From positions 640,001 through 704,000 of the forward strand of contig OY969801.1 of NCBI GenBank assembly GCA_963703225.1: 64,000 nt of DNA, in the 5' to 3' direction. Below, piece by piece: positions 1 to 9,773 of this stretch. Position 1 is the first letter of the stretch, and each line of letters starts with the position of its first letter. Both the position numbers and the translations under genes were made by a program. A model generated the notes under the pieces. The model had not been told where the DNA came from. It made no database searches and saw nothing but the letters and a program-made list of their open reading frames with translations. This DNA is from Candidatus Eiseniibacteriota bacterium (GTDB lineage Bacteria > Eisenbacteria > RBG-16-71-46 > SZUA-252).

Positions 1-2
1 TC

Positions 3-206
3 ACAGAACGGTCGCGCACGACGGCCACCATCGTCGCGCTTGACAAGGCCACCAGTACCGTGACCCTCAAGGGACAGGACGGCAACCCCTTCACGATAAA
101 GGCCAAGCGCAAGGATACCCTCGACAAGGTGAAGGTCGGTGACCTTGTCGTGTTTACCACGGTGAAGTCTGTGGCGACCTCGCTTGTGAAGGCCGCGGCG
201 AAGTAG
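3..206 (+). CDS. 3' end of a hypothetical protein (beta-rich, OB-fold-like), truncated by the window start
   Basis: Open frame read by hand: TERSRTTATIVALDKATSTVTLKGQDGNPFTIKAKRKDTLDKVKVGDLVVFTTVKSVATSLVKAAAK*, TAG at 204-206. Confidence 0.7.
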   Translation, partial: TERSRTTATIVALDKATSTVTLKGQDGNPFTIKAKRKDTLDKVKVGDLVVFTTVKSVATSLVKAAAK

Positions 207-237
207 GGGAGCCATCCGCTTCGGGACAAACTGAGTC

Positions 238-450
238 GTGATCCCAGGCTCCTCCCGAAATGACTTCGATGGACGAGTCGCGCTGACCACGGGCGCGGCT
301 CGCGGACTTGGGCGCGCGGCCGCGGAGCGCCTCATGGCGCGCGGAGCATCGGTCGCGGTGAATGTCCGCGATCAAAAGCTCGCCGACGCGCTGGCTCGGG
401 AGCTTGGTGACCGGGCCTTCGCGCCCGGGGACGTGACCGATGCCGACGCT
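238..450 (+). pseudogene. N-terminal fragment of a short-chain dehydrogenase/reductase
   Basis: DFDGRVALTTGAARGLGRAAAERL (TGxxxGxG) and GDVT motif; similarity stops after about 70 codons, no YxxxK, frame runs into the opposite-strand gene. Confidence 0.65.
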
Positions 451-469
451 AGGCCAGTTGGTCTGATTC

Positions 470-757
470 CTACCTCAGCCGGTACTTCTGAGGCTTCGTT
501 TCGGTTCGCTCGACAACCCTGCGGGCCTCTAGGTCCAGCTTCACCGTCTCGCCGTACCAGTTGACATTGCCGTCGAACTCGCCCTTGAGCTTTCTGCCGA
601 GGGCACGCATCAGCTCCGTGTGCGTGAGCTCGCGGCTCCGCAACGCCGAGAGCATGGCCTGTTTGACGGCATTGTACTTCTCCTTCGTCATTTTCCTCCC
701 CTGCTTGCCGCCAGGGTGCCGGGTGAGGATGGTCTCATCCTTCATGGTCTCCTCCAT
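470..757 (-). CDS. small conserved protein, DUF6958-like (winged-helix-like)
   Basis: HPGGKQG...WYGETVKLDLEARRVVER pattern; 95 aa. Confidence 0.65.
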   Translation of the reverse strand: MEETMKDETILTRHPGGKQGRKMTKEKYNAVKQAMLSALRSRELTHTELMRALGRKLKGEFDGNVNWYGETVKLDLEARRVVERTETKPQKYRLR

Positions 758-1033
758 TCATCGACAACGGTCGGGCGGGCAAGCGCCTTCGGCCACTCGA
801 CTCTCGGGCCAGCAGATTCTAAGTCCGACTCCCAGGCGGCGCACCATTCTTCGACGTTCATAGGACAAGATGGCGCGGCCAGGATTCGGGAACCGGCGGC
901 AAGGGTTCCCAGAACGGGAACACCCTGGAAATGTGGCTGTTGTCTCTCCCCGGCCCCAGAATCTCGGCGTCCTCCGTGAGGCATCGCGAGAGCAGCATCT
1001 TCCGGCGCGCTCTATCGGGCTCATCCGCGGTGC

Positions 1034-1963
1034 TCACGCGATCCCCGGATCTGGAAACACCCAATTCGACCTTTGATACGCGATTCTGAAACCCGCGCGC
1101 TCCATGTTGTGGAACGACGGGTTGGGTCTCTCGGGCAGATCCGGTGCGGTCTCCGTTGTAAACGTGTGGCATCCGAGCGCGCGGGCGTCGTCGATGCGCC
1201 GCGCGATCAGCGCGCCTTGGGCTCCGCGGCCGCGGTGTTGGGTCAGCGTGCCTGCGGCGCCAAGCCAAGCGAAGCCGTCGCGCACGTACATCGCGGCGGA
1301 GGCAACGGGGGTGTCGCCGTCGCGGACAATGTAATGGTGCCAATGGGGTCTGCCGATCAAGACCGATGCGAGGGGTACTGAGTGCGGCCGACCGCCGAAC
1401 GCGGCGAGGAGCATCGCATCCATCGCCTCAGCCTCGCCCGGTTCGGCCCGCATGATTCCCAACCCCGTCGCGGAGGTCTTCGCAGGCGAGCCGTCGCGGA
1501 CCCACTTGACCCACTGGATCAGGTGCGGGTGGGGGCCGAATCCGGCCGCCGCCAGGGCGGTCTCGAGGCCGGCAGGCTCCGCGGCCGGGCAGAGCCCAAT
1601 TCTGAAAGCCGGAATTCCATGCTCGGCGTAGAAGGCCTTCAAGGCGACGAGGTCTTCGGGGCGTACCGGACGCTCGAGACCGAGCCCCATGACACGATTG
1701 GAGTCAAAGGCAGGGTCGCGAGCACGCCCGAAGGCCCACGCCCCACCGACTTGTTGCAGCACAAAGCCCAGCTCCCGCGCGGCCTTTGGCGCGCCCTTCA
1801 CCCCGTCGAGCTTGGCCAGAATCTCCACGCGCTCGAGCGGGAGAATACGTTCCCGATCCAAGGCGGGGCCCTCTAGCGGCACGACCGCATCAACCCTTAA
1901 CGAGTACCAGCGTCCGAGCGGCTCGATCCGGCGGCGCGACAATCCGTAAGTAGAAAGGTCCAT
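1034..1963 (-). CDS. GNAT family N-acetyltransferase
   Basis: Acetyl-CoA motif A TLTQHRGRGAQGALI and C-terminal NPSFHNMERAGF; start chosen at MDLSTYG. Confidence 0.85.
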   Translation of the reverse strand: MDLSTYGLSRRRIEPLGRWYSLRVDAVVPLEGPALDRERILPLERVEILAKLDGVKGAPKAARELGFVLQQVGGAWAFGRARDPAFDSNRVMGLGLERPVRPEDLVALKAFYAEHGIPAFRIGLCPAAEPAGLETALAAAGFGPHPHLIQWVKWVRDGSPAKTSATGLGIMRAEPGEAEAMDAMLLAAFGGRPHSVPLASVLIGRPHWHHYIVRDGDTPVASAAMYVRDGFAWLGAAGTLTQHRGRGAQGALIARRIDDARALGCHTFTTETAPDLPERPNPSFHNMERAGFRIAYQRSNWVFPDPGIA

Positions 1964-2305
1964 CGGTCCCGCATGCTGCGCGGTAATGCACAACCGCGGG
2001 CGTCATGTCGAACGAGAGATCGCGCTTCGCAGGATCGTGAGGAGGCATGGATGGATCCTACAATCCGGCGGGGCAATCCGTCTCTAGCGTTCGGTTGGAG
2101 CTGCGATCAAGGGGCCAGGCGCGTGAGCGACTCATCGGTGAGGCCGCGGATGGGATCCCGCCACTCCCTTGCACCGTAACATCGTCCGGGGTCCGAAATC
2201 GGATGGTACCTGGGCCCCATCGCCTCACATCCGAAAGCAGCTCAAGTAGCCTTCAGCAGCGGGTTCTAGGGGGGCGGCGGTCCAGAGCGGACCGCCGCCC
2301 CATGC

Positions 2306-2794
2306 TTATCCGCAGGCGGTGCCCCCTGGATTTCTCAACCGACTCGAGCGCCACGTGTTCACGCTGAACAGAATAGCACCTAGGTAAAACCAGGGTTCCC
2401 AGATCCCCATGGCTGCGAGGTGAAACCGGCCCGCTGCGACCAGATAGCCGGTTTGGATCAAACTGGCCACTGATCGAAGGACTAGGAGCGCCGAGCCAAT
2501 CCACGCAAGAGTGTAAATGAGGCGCCGCGGCGCGTGCTGGCCCCACGACATCACGGGGGCCAGAGCGACCGGTACCGCTATGACACACATGGCGGCCACG
2601 ACGACATCGTAGGCCCATTTCCACGGTGTCGCGAACATAACACGGGCCCGCTCAGCATCCAACAGCGGGTACCACCCGGTCGCCCAAATGATGTGGAAGA
2701 TCGCAAAGACCGAGGCCCAGAGCGCAGCGGCGTAGGCAACCCAAGGCCCGATGCGTAAGCGCGAGTCACTCACAGGCGCACTGTTCAACGTCAC
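2306..2794 (-). CDS. membrane protein, DUF3995-like
   Basis: About 4 hydrophobic segments, FHIIWATG near N-terminus, WEPWFYLG near C-terminus. Confidence 0.65.
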   Translation of the reverse strand: MTLNSAPVSDSRLRIGPWVAYAAALWASVFAIFHIIWATGWYPLLDAERARVMFATPWKWAYDVVVAAMCVIAVPVALAPVMSWGQHAPRRLIYTLAWIGSALLVLRSVASLIQTGYLVAAGRFHLAAMGIWEPWFYLGAILFSVNTWRSSRLRNPGGTACG

Positions 2795-2903
2795 GTAAGG
2801 CGCACCGCCTAACTAGAAGTCGACTCTTCTTCGCGGAAAGGGGTCAGACTGTAACCGGCATAGTGCGCCTCTAGCGCATCGGCTGGAACCGGATGTGGGA
2901 AAC

Positions 2904-3404
2904 TCAAATGATCATTTCCGCCGTCAAATCCGGCGCAAAGTCGGCAATTCTCTGAAGGAAAGCTCTCGAATCGTTGGGAGTCAGGTACAGGGCGAATCGT
3001 CCTGTTCTCCGCCTGAGCTGGACGCCGTCGGTTAGCCGGACGCATGGCGTCACCGATGGCCACCCGATTCGAGTGGCGAACAAGCCTCTCTGCCAATACA
3101 CGGTAGTGAAGGCAGACCATGGGTACCGCCGGGTCCACGGTCCGTAGCGCACCTGAATTCCCGTTGAGTTCACGGTGTAGTAGGTTGAATAGAGGGGCCA
3201 AAGATAGAAGCAAAGAATGGCCAAACTGAGCAAGATCACCGCTCGACCCAGCAGAAGGAAGTGCGAAGGCTCCTCGCGCGAGGGTACTTGAAGTATTGCC
3301 GGAAGGGCAGCGATCAGGGCACAAAGGGCGAGAAGGTGGATTGCCATGAGTGCAACACTGGGCGCCGGATGATCCACGTATTTCCGATCCGGATTATCGG
3401 ACAT
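2904..3404 (-). CDS. membrane protein with bacterial PH domain
   Basis: Two TM helices then YYTVNSTGIQVRYGPW...LYLTPNDSRAFL; AGGAGG RBS upstream of MSDNPD. Confidence 0.7.
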   Translation of the reverse strand: MSDNPDRKYVDHPAPSVALMAIHLLALCALIAALPAILQVPSREEPSHFLLLGRAVILLSLAILCFYLWPLYSTYYTVNSTGIQVRYGPWTRRYPWSAFTTVYWQRGLFATRIGWPSVTPCVRLTDGVQLRRRTGRFALYLTPNDSRAFLQRIADFAPDLTAEMII

Positions 3405-3645
3405 GTGTTCCTCCTGACGGAGTGGTCGGCCCATTCAGGTCGGTGCGTGGGGCTTCCCAGCACGCCCACGCAGCCAGACGGGGGGACGATAGCCCGACTT
3501 CGCGAACGACTGTAGTATAAGTGTTGTTGGCCCAACCGGAGCTCGCCGTCCCGAGCCGTAAGTCTCGCGGTGTTCGTGACATTTTGCAAAGCGCGCTCTG
3601 ACCTAACCCTGGCTGACCGAAGTCGAGGTCCACGACGAGGGCCCG

Positions 3646-4554
3646 ATGGCTTTCATGAAATGGTTGCTTGATTCGGACCCGGCGATCCGGTGGCAGGTCA
3701 TGCGCGACCTCACCGATGAGCCCGACGAGGTCGTCGCCGCCGAGCGGTCGCGCGTCGCCTCGGAGGGTTGGGGCGCCCGGCTCCTCGGCCTTCAGACACC
3801 CGGCGGCCACTGGGGCCGCGACGACGATCGGGGCTGGATGACCACCATCTACACCCTGGTGCTTCTACGTGACATGGGTGTGGATCCGGCGGGAGAAGAG
3901 GTCCGCAGAGCCATCGGCCTTGTGCGGGACCGCCTCACTTGGATCCCGCTCGACGGCCGGCCCTTCTTCGACGGCGAGACCGAGCCCTGTATCAACGGTG
4001 CGATCCTGGCGGTGGGCGCCCATTTCGGCGAGGCGAGCGATCGGCTGGTCGACCGACTGCTGGATGAGCAGCTCGTGGACGGCGGCTGGAACTGCGAGGC
4101 TCCTTCGAGCAAGCGATCCTCGTTCCACACCACGATCTGCGTCCTGGAAGGACTCTTGGCGTACGAGAAGACGCTGGGTGCCACGAACCCGGTGACGCAC
4201 GCCCGGGTTCGGGCACAGGACTATCTCCTGGAGCGCCGCATGCTCAGGTCGCTGACATCGGGCGAGGTGATCGACCGCGGCTGGACGCGCTTCTCGTTTC
4301 CGCCTACATGGCACTACGACGTGCTGCGGGGACTGGACTACCTACGCAGCGCCGGCGTCAAACCTGACGAACGGGTCGCCGAGGCGGTCGAGCTGGTGCA
4401 GAAGAGGCGGCACCAGAACGGCCGGTGGCCGCTGAACATTCTCCACCCCGATCGGGTCTCCTTCGACATGGAAGCCGGTGTGGGCAAGGCCAGCCGCTGG
4501 AACACCCTCCGCGCCCTTCGAGTGCTGGACTGGAATTCGACGGCCCGGCTCTAG
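3646..4554 (+). CDS. prenyltransferase/squalene-cyclase-fold (alpha/alpha toroid) protein
   Basis: WLLDSDPAIRWQV start, QW-like repeats QTPGGHW, QLVDGGWNC, QNGRW; FPPTWHYDVLRGLD. Confidence 0.75.
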   Translation: MAFMKWLLDSDPAIRWQVMRDLTDEPDEVVAAERSRVASEGWGARLLGLQTPGGHWGRDDDRGWMTTIYTLVLLRDMGVDPAGEEVRRAIGLVRDRLTWIPLDGRPFFDGETEPCINGAILAVGAHFGEASDRLVDRLLDEQLVDGGWNCEAPSSKRSSFHTTICVLEGLLAYEKTLGATNPVTHARVRAQDYLLERRMLRSLTSGEVIDRGWTRFSFPPTWHYDVLRGLDYLRSAGVKPDERVAEAVELVQKRRHQNGRWPLNILHPDRVSFDMEAGVGKASRWNTLRALRVLDWNSTARL

Positions 4555-4593
4555 CCCCACGGCCTCTTCACGCCACCGCCCCCACGGAATGGG

Positions 4594-6183
4594 TTACTTC
4601 TTCGATTCCTTCGCTTCCGCCAGACGAACCTTCTCCTCCAGGGCGGAATAGGGAACCGTGCTGTCGGATTCCTGCAGGTACCAGGTCTGCATGATGTTTT
4701 GGACATCCAATTTTCGTTCCTTAACGATGCGATGTATCGCGCGCTCGCGGACGTTCGCACGACTGGGTTTTGCATCCCGCATGATGTAGACCATGTCGCC
4801 CGTCACGATTAGTTTGTGACTGGGCAAATACGTCAGCACGTACTCATCCGTATGCGTGGAGTAGTCGAACTCGTAGAACTCCAGCCGCTGCTTGCCGTCC
4901 TTGATGATAAGGGTGCCATCAATCACCCTGAACTTGGGCTCGCGCGGTTGTCTCTGCTGGGCGTCGGGGTGGATGCGGTACGGTCGCGTGGTCAGATCGC
5001 GATAGTAGGAGGTGTCGCCCGCTGTCGCCAAAACCGTGACCCCCCGCCGCACGTAGGGCCGGAGGCCGCAGGCGTAGAGGGGGTGATGGTGGCTCATGGC
5101 CACGTAGCGAACGGGCTTGCCGGGGAGTAGGTGGTCAGCCGTAGCTAAGAGCCGTGCGGATATCTCGCTGTAGTCGCCGGCTTCCACGATGACCGCGAAG
5201 TCGGAGAATGCGACGAGCAGCGACCGAGACGTGCTCGAAGGGAGGTCGATGATGTAGGCGCCCTTACCCAGATCGTGAGACGGCAACGGCTCGCTCGGGT
5301 TCTCCGCTTTCACCTCTTGAAGATTCCATCCCTCGAACCCGGCCCGATATGCCTCCGGAATCGTGAACTCGTCGGCGTTCACCACCCCGCCGAACTCGAT
5401 TTTGGCAATTTCCGAGATGACGTTGTGTTGGCCGGCGCTATCTTCGATGTGGGCCTCGGAGTGCAGCGGCACCCGGATTCCGCCCCGGTCGACGTAGTCG
5501 GTGAATGTGCGCCACTCCAATCGATCTCCCTTGTGCTTCCAGTGGCCGATTCGCTCCACACGCATCAAGAGATGGGTGTCCGCGGCGAAGTAGAGTGCTC
5601 GACCCTCACCGTTGTCGAGGGTGTAGGCGAGCACCTCGTAGCCAATGGAACCGGACAGAAGGCGAAGACCGGCGGCTCCGGCTCGGGCCTGACGCAGATA
5701 CTCGTGTGGCAAGATCTCCAGCTCTTCCTGCAGCGACTTCCCGAGCTCCTCTTCTGGAATGGAATCCGGCCGAGTCCCTCCTCCGCCGAGCTTGAGTCCG
5801 TTCGCTGGCCCTATGATGGCGAAGGTCGGGATTGGCTTGTCGCTCTCGTAGAACGTCGCTTCCGTCATCAGCGCGCGCAGGCCGGCTGAATAGAACGTCG
5901 TCCCGTCAATTCGGTAATCCCTGTGAGCCCAGGGGCGTGCGAAATGGCCCTCCAGGCGATACGTACCCGTGAACGAAACGCGAATGTTGGTAACCCGATC
6001 GAGCAGCTCGGTGCCACCATGCGCCGCAATGGCCCGATCGAGCACCTCCGACGCGCGAACGAAGTTCTGATAGAGGAACGATTCCTGAGGTTCACCGGAA
6101 GCGAATGCCGAAAGTGCGTTCGCAGACAGTAGAGCCGCTCCCAACACGCATACGGCGGCAGATACAAGCGATCGACGGGCCAT
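4594..6183 (-). CDS. secreted MBL-fold metallo-hydrolase-like protein
   Basis: Signal peptide, AIAAHGG N-domain, C-terminal MBL-like fold (YVAMSHHH, STHTDE, VTGD); GGAGG RBS before MARRSL. Confidence 0.7.
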   Translation of the reverse strand: MARRSLVSAAVCVLGAALLSANALSAFASGEPQESFLYQNFVRASEVLDRAIAAHGGTELLDRVTNIRVSFTGTYRLEGHFARPWAHRDYRIDGTTFYSAGLRALMTEATFYESDKPIPTFAIIGPANGLKLGGGGTRPDSIPEEELGKSLQEELEILPHEYLRQARAGAAGLRLLSGSIGYEVLAYTLDNGEGRALYFAADTHLLMRVERIGHWKHKGDRLEWRTFTDYVDRGGIRVPLHSEAHIEDSAGQHNVISEIAKIEFGGVVNADEFTIPEAYRAGFEGWNLQEVKAENPSEPLPSHDLGKGAYIIDLPSSTSRSLLVAFSDFAVIVEAGDYSEISARLLATADHLLPGKPVRYVAMSHHHPLYACGLRPYVRRGVTVLATAGDTSYYRDLTTRPYRIHPDAQQRQPREPKFRVIDGTLIIKDGKQRLEFYEFDYSTHTDEYVLTYLPSHKLIVTGDMVYIMRDAKPSRANVRERAIHRIVKERKLDVQNIMQTWYLQESDSTVPYSALEEKVRLAEAKESKK

Positions 6184-6244
6184 TTCGAGCCTCCATCCGT
6201 CTCGTCGGTGCCGGCTCACGACATTCTAGGATCGACCCCTGACG

Positions 6245-7045
6245 TCAATGGCGCGTGCTCGCCGGTTTCTGATGAAAGATCCTGATACAGCCTACGATGA
6301 AGAGCAAGAGAGTCGCGGACGCAGCGTAGCGGCTCAACGCCAAGCCTCCCTTGCTGACCGGCTTGTCGAGAAAGTCGCCGAGCACGGCTCCGAGTGGGCG
6401 CGTGAGGATGAACGCAGCCCAGAAGAGCACGGTGCGCGATAGGCTCGTCCAGTAGTACGCCGCGGCGACCAGCGCCAGCAGCGCAGTGAACAACACGGCT
6501 CCACCGGTGTAGCCAAACCCCGCGGTATCGGCAGTCCAATCCCCCAGCGCGGTACCGAGGGTCTGGGAAAACATGATCGTCACCCAGTAAAACAATTCGG
6601 ATTGGGCCGTACTTACGCTGACTACCGACACGGAACCGAGAGTGCGGTACCAGACGCCAAGGGACGCGAGCAGCAACCCGAACAATAGCAGGGAGCCCCC
6701 GGCGTAGCCGATACCAAGCGAGCGGTCCGCGAAGTCCGCGAGCGTGGTTCCGACGGTCGTCGTGGCGATGATTGTCGTCCAGTACAGGGCCGCGTGGAAA
6801 CGTTTGGCCGCGATCTGCGCGCCTACGGCGAGCAGGAATATCACGGCGAAAATGCCAGTCGCGGCGAGGTAGCCGAGGTTCATCGACATCGACACGGCGT
6901 CGCCGCCCGTTTCGCCCAGCGTGGTGGCGGCGATCTTGATGATCCAGAAGAGCAAAGTGATCTCCGGCACTTTGCTCACACCCTGCTTTACCGCGGTGCC
7001 CGCCTCGTTCCTGCCGGGGTCCGATTCGCGCGGAAACTGAGGCAT
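6245..7045 (-). CDS. COG4705/DUF347-repeat membrane protein
   Basis: SKVPEITLLFWIIKIAATTLGETGGD, GTTLAD, GTALGD, TRPLGAVLGD repeats. Confidence 0.9.
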   Translation of the reverse strand: MPQFPRESDPGRNEAGTAVKQGVSKVPEITLLFWIIKIAATTLGETGGDAVSMSMNLGYLAATGIFAVIFLLAVGAQIAAKRFHAALYWTTIIATTTVGTTLADFADRSLGIGYAGGSLLLFGLLLASLGVWYRTLGSVSVVSVSTAQSELFYWVTIMFSQTLGTALGDWTADTAGFGYTGGAVLFTALLALVAAAYYWTSLSRTVLFWAAFILTRPLGAVLGDFLDKPVSKGGLALSRYAASATLLLFIVGCIRIFHQKPASTRH

Positions 7046-7167
7046 TGACTCCCTCCATCGCGTGGCATCCGATCGCGGCGGTCCAGCAAAGGCAGGGCAG
7101 GCCGCGCGGGCGACTTCAGCCTACAAGTGTAGCTCACGCTGGGTGAAGGAGGCGATAACGAGATGCC

Positions 7168-7605
7168 TCATAGCACGAACGGAATGATCCGCTTCGTGTG
7201 TTTCGCGTAGTCTGCATACTCGGGGTACACGTCTACGACGAGTTCCTCCTCGGCGACGATGCGCACCGCGGCCGCCGCCGTCGCAACGATCGCGGTCAGC
7301 ACGCTCAGGGTCGATGTGTGGGAGGCAACGCCCGCCCACATGAAGAGAAGTATGGCCGTGTAGATTGGATGACGTACGAATCGGTAGGGGCCGGTCGTGA
7401 CAATGCCACCCCCGGTCGGATTCGCCCCCGCGTGAAAGCTCCTCCCGCCGAACGTCAGGCGGGCCCACAGCATGAGCGCCCCGGCCACAGCTTGAACCGC
7501 CACGAGCAGGGGCCCATGGGCCAATAGAGATCTCCGCAGCAACAAGCTGACCACCGCGACTGTCAGAATGGCGGTCGCCCCGATCGAAACCCGCTTCAGG
7601 TTCAT
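7168..7605 (-). CDS. isoprenylcysteine carboxylmethyltransferase/PEMT family protein
   Basis: IVTTGPYRFVRHPIY and EEELV...YADYAKHTKRIIPF motifs. Confidence 0.9.
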   Translation of the reverse strand: MNLKRVSIGATAILTVAVVSLLLRRSLLAHGPLLVAVQAVAGALMLWARLTFGGRSFHAGANPTGGGIVTTGPYRFVRHPIYTAILLFMWAGVASHTSTLSVLTAIVATAAAAVRIVAEEELVVDVYPEYADYAKHTKRIIPFVL

Positions 7606-7644
7606 GTCCTTGACCCTCCTAGCCGACCTTCTGCCTCCAACAAT

Positions 7645-7680
7645 TACTATTGACTACATGATATAGTGTATTACATAGTA
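7645..7680 (+). promoter_or_regulatory. AT-rich divergent promoter/possible PadR operator
   Basis: TTGACT at 7650-7655; inverted elements TACTAT...ATAGTA and TACA...TGTA directly upstream of padR. Confidence 0.4.
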
Positions 7681-7686
7681 TCGGAC

Positions 7687-8070
7687 ATGTCCACTGCTCC
7701 CGAGCCAGAGGCATCGCCGACCGATCCCATGGACAAGTGGGAGGTCCAGCTGCGGAAAGGGTGTTTGGAGCTGGCGGTCCTGGGTTCCCTGTGGGCGGGC
7801 AAGCAGTACGGACTTGAAATCCTCCGACGGCTCGAGCGCGAGTCCGAGTTAGTGCTTTCCGAGGGAACGGTTTATCCGCTCCTCTCGCGGCTCAAGAGCG
7901 ACGGTCTGCTCGAATCGGAATGGGTGGAAGCCGACGCGGGTCACGCGCGCAAATACTACCGGCTCACCCGCGCGGGGAGACGCCGCGCGGTGCAAATGGC
8001 GCGCCTTTGGTCCCGATTCTCGGCGAGCCTAGGTGAATTGCTCGCACCGATCCTCAAGGAGGAACGTTAG
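7687..8070 (+). CDS. PadR family transcriptional regulator
   Basis: QLRKGCLELAVL, YGLEI, EGTVYPLLSRL, RKYYRLT. Confidence 0.95.
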   Translation: MSTAPEPEASPTDPMDKWEVQLRKGCLELAVLGSLWAGKQYGLEILRRLERESELVLSEGTVYPLLSRLKSDGLLESEWVEADAGHARKYYRLTRAGRRRAVQMARLWSRFSASLGELLAPILKEER

Positions 8071-8072
8071 TC

Positions 8073-8654
8073 ATGAGCAGAGCCGCCCCGGATCCGGGCG
8101 TCGAACGGTACCTCGATCAGGTCCGCGCATCTCTCCGTGGGATGCCCCAGGCCGAGCTGGACGAGATCCTGCTAGAGCTGCGCGGTCACATCGCGGAGCG
8201 ATCGGGACTTGAGGGAGATATCGAGGCGGCCCTACGCTCGCTCGGAAGTCCCACGGAACTGGCGCGCGAGTACCGGACCGATAGCGTGGCGGCGCGGGCG
8301 GAATGCGGCTGGTCTCCGATCGCCGTCTTGCACAGCCTTCTCCTGCTCCGGCGGGGGCGATTCACTGGATTCGCCGTCCTCGCGCTCACCGCGCTCGGCT
8401 ATGCGTGGGCGCTCGCGCTGGGTGCCGCGGCGTTCGAGAAGATCCTGTCCCCTCAGGACGTCGGCCTCTGGTACGGACCCGGCCTCGCGTCGCTGCGCGT
8501 CACGATTGATGGACCGGGGCCCGCGGGGGCACGTGAGTTGCTCGGATGGTGGTTCGTCCCGTTCGGACTCGCGGCGTGCGTGATCCTGCTCCTTCTGACC
8601 AGGCAATTCGGTCTGTGGTGGATTCGTCGTCTCCGCATAGCACGAAAGGGGTGA
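8073..8654 (+). CDS. HAAS/DUF1700-type membrane protein (PadR partner)
   Basis: YLDQVRASL...DEILLELRGHI...LGSPTELAREY followed by TM helices; 2 nt after padR. Confidence 0.85.
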   Translation: MSRAAPDPGVERYLDQVRASLRGMPQAELDEILLELRGHIAERSGLEGDIEAALRSLGSPTELAREYRTDSVAARAECGWSPIAVLHSLLLLRRGRFTGFAVLALTALGYAWALALGAAAFEKILSPQDVGLWYGPGLASLRVTIDGPGPAGARELLGWWFVPFGLAACVILLLLTRQFGLWWIRRLRIARKG

Positions 8655-8658
8655 ACGA

Positions 8659-8877
8659 GTGGCTCGAGCCTGCAGCATTCCCCAGAGAGAGCGCTACACC
8701 CGGATGGCGATCGGCGCGGGGGCTGTACTCGGAGGATTTCTGTTCCGGCGCGACGTCCTCACGGCTGTGATCATGGTCACCGTGGGCTCGGCAATGACCG
8801 CACGAGCGGCGCTCGGATACTGACTTTCCCTCCAGATGCTCGGTGCGAGCATCCTCCGCAAGATGCGACGCCAGTGA
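8659..8877 (+). CDS. DUF2892/YgaP-like small membrane protein with in-frame UGA (candidate selenoprotein)
   Basis: AAGGGG RBS, GTG start; MARACSIPQRERYTRMAIGAGAVLGGFLFRRDVLTAVIMVTVGSAMTARAALGY[TGA 8821-8823]LSLQMLGASILRKMRRQ*; not in the supplied ORF track. Confidence 0.6.
8835..8853 (+). promoter_or_regulatory. candidate bacterial SECIS hairpin
   Basis: GATGCTCG-GTG-CGAGCATC, perfect 8-bp stem beginning 11 nt after the in-frame TGA; loop starts with G/GU. Confidence 0.5.
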
Positions 8878-8922
8878 ATTAGCCGTCGAGCTGGCATTGC
8901 CTCGATGCCTGAAGTCGGCCGC

Positions 8923-9726
8923 TCACTCCGACCTAGATTCTTGATACCGCTCGGGCGCGTATCGAGTGGCCAGGAGACCAGTGGCCTCCTCGACATTGAT
9001 GGTCTGCACCAGCACGCCTTCCTGCCCATAGGGTAGGTACGCCTGGCACTCACCGGACGGGGTGATGAGGCTTGTCGCCGATTCTTGGAAGGGCAGGGCA
9101 TAATTGACGCTGGCGAAGTAGATCGTGTTTTCCTTGCTGCGCAGCATCATCGCCTTCTCGTAGTAAGGTCCACCGGCCGCGCCCCACTGCGTCAGACGGA
9201 CACCCTCCCGGTGACTCCCCGTGTGCTGTGGATGAAACACGATCTTGGCGCCCCTCACCGCGGCCCATCGCACTGTCTCGGGATAGCGCCAGCCCTCGTG
9301 GCAGATCGCTACACCAAACTTGAGTCCATCGATCTCGAAGAGTCGCCGCGTATTGCCGGGCACATAGAACCTGTCTTCGGTCGGGTCTACCTGGTTCTTG
9401 GTCTGGTATCCCTGCATGTGGCCCGTGGCGTCGATGACGTAGGCGGCAATCTGCCGGCCAGCCTCCGTGATCCGCTCCGTCCCAAGGATCGTGGCCACCG
9501 AATACGTCCGTGCCCACTGCGCCACGGATTGGAGAACCCGCTCTAGCGTCGTCTGATCGAACGGCAATACCTCAAAGTCCTGTCCCCGTAGACCCGGGAG
9601 ATAGGCCTCCGGGAAGCAGAGGATCGCCGCGCCTTGGGCAGAAGCTTCAGACTGAAACCGCCTGATCTTGTCCAAGCCCTCATCAAGGGTCGACGCGACA
9701 CGAGGCGTCGCTAGAGCAATGATCAC
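8923..9726 (-). CDS. carbon-nitrogen hydrolase (nitrilase superfamily)
   Basis: CFPEAY (Glu), YQTK (Lys), AICHEGW (Cys) catalytic triad motifs. Confidence 0.9.
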   Translation of the reverse strand: MIIALATPRVASTLDEGLDKIRRFQSEASAQGAAILCFPEAYLPGLRGQDFEVLPFDQTTLERVLQSVAQWARTYSVATILGTERITEAGRQIAAYVIDATGHMQGYQTKNQVDPTEDRFYVPGNTRRLFEIDGLKFGVAICHEGWRYPETVRWAAVRGAKIVFHPQHTGSHREGVRLTQWGAAGGPYYEKAMMLRSKENTIYFASVNYALPFQESATSLITPSGECQAYLPYGQEGVLVQTINVEEATGLLATRYAPERYQESRSE

Positions 9727-9773
9727 AAATACCTCCGATGAGAATGGTCAGCAAGCCTGGGGCACGGTCGCCA

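Noticed and set aside
2800..2903. GCCTAAC/GTTAGGC integron core-site-like heptamer between two cassette-like genes (also GCCCAAC near 3530)
   Set aside because: No matching inverse core site or L boxes forming an attC hairpin could be found, and there is no integrase in the window
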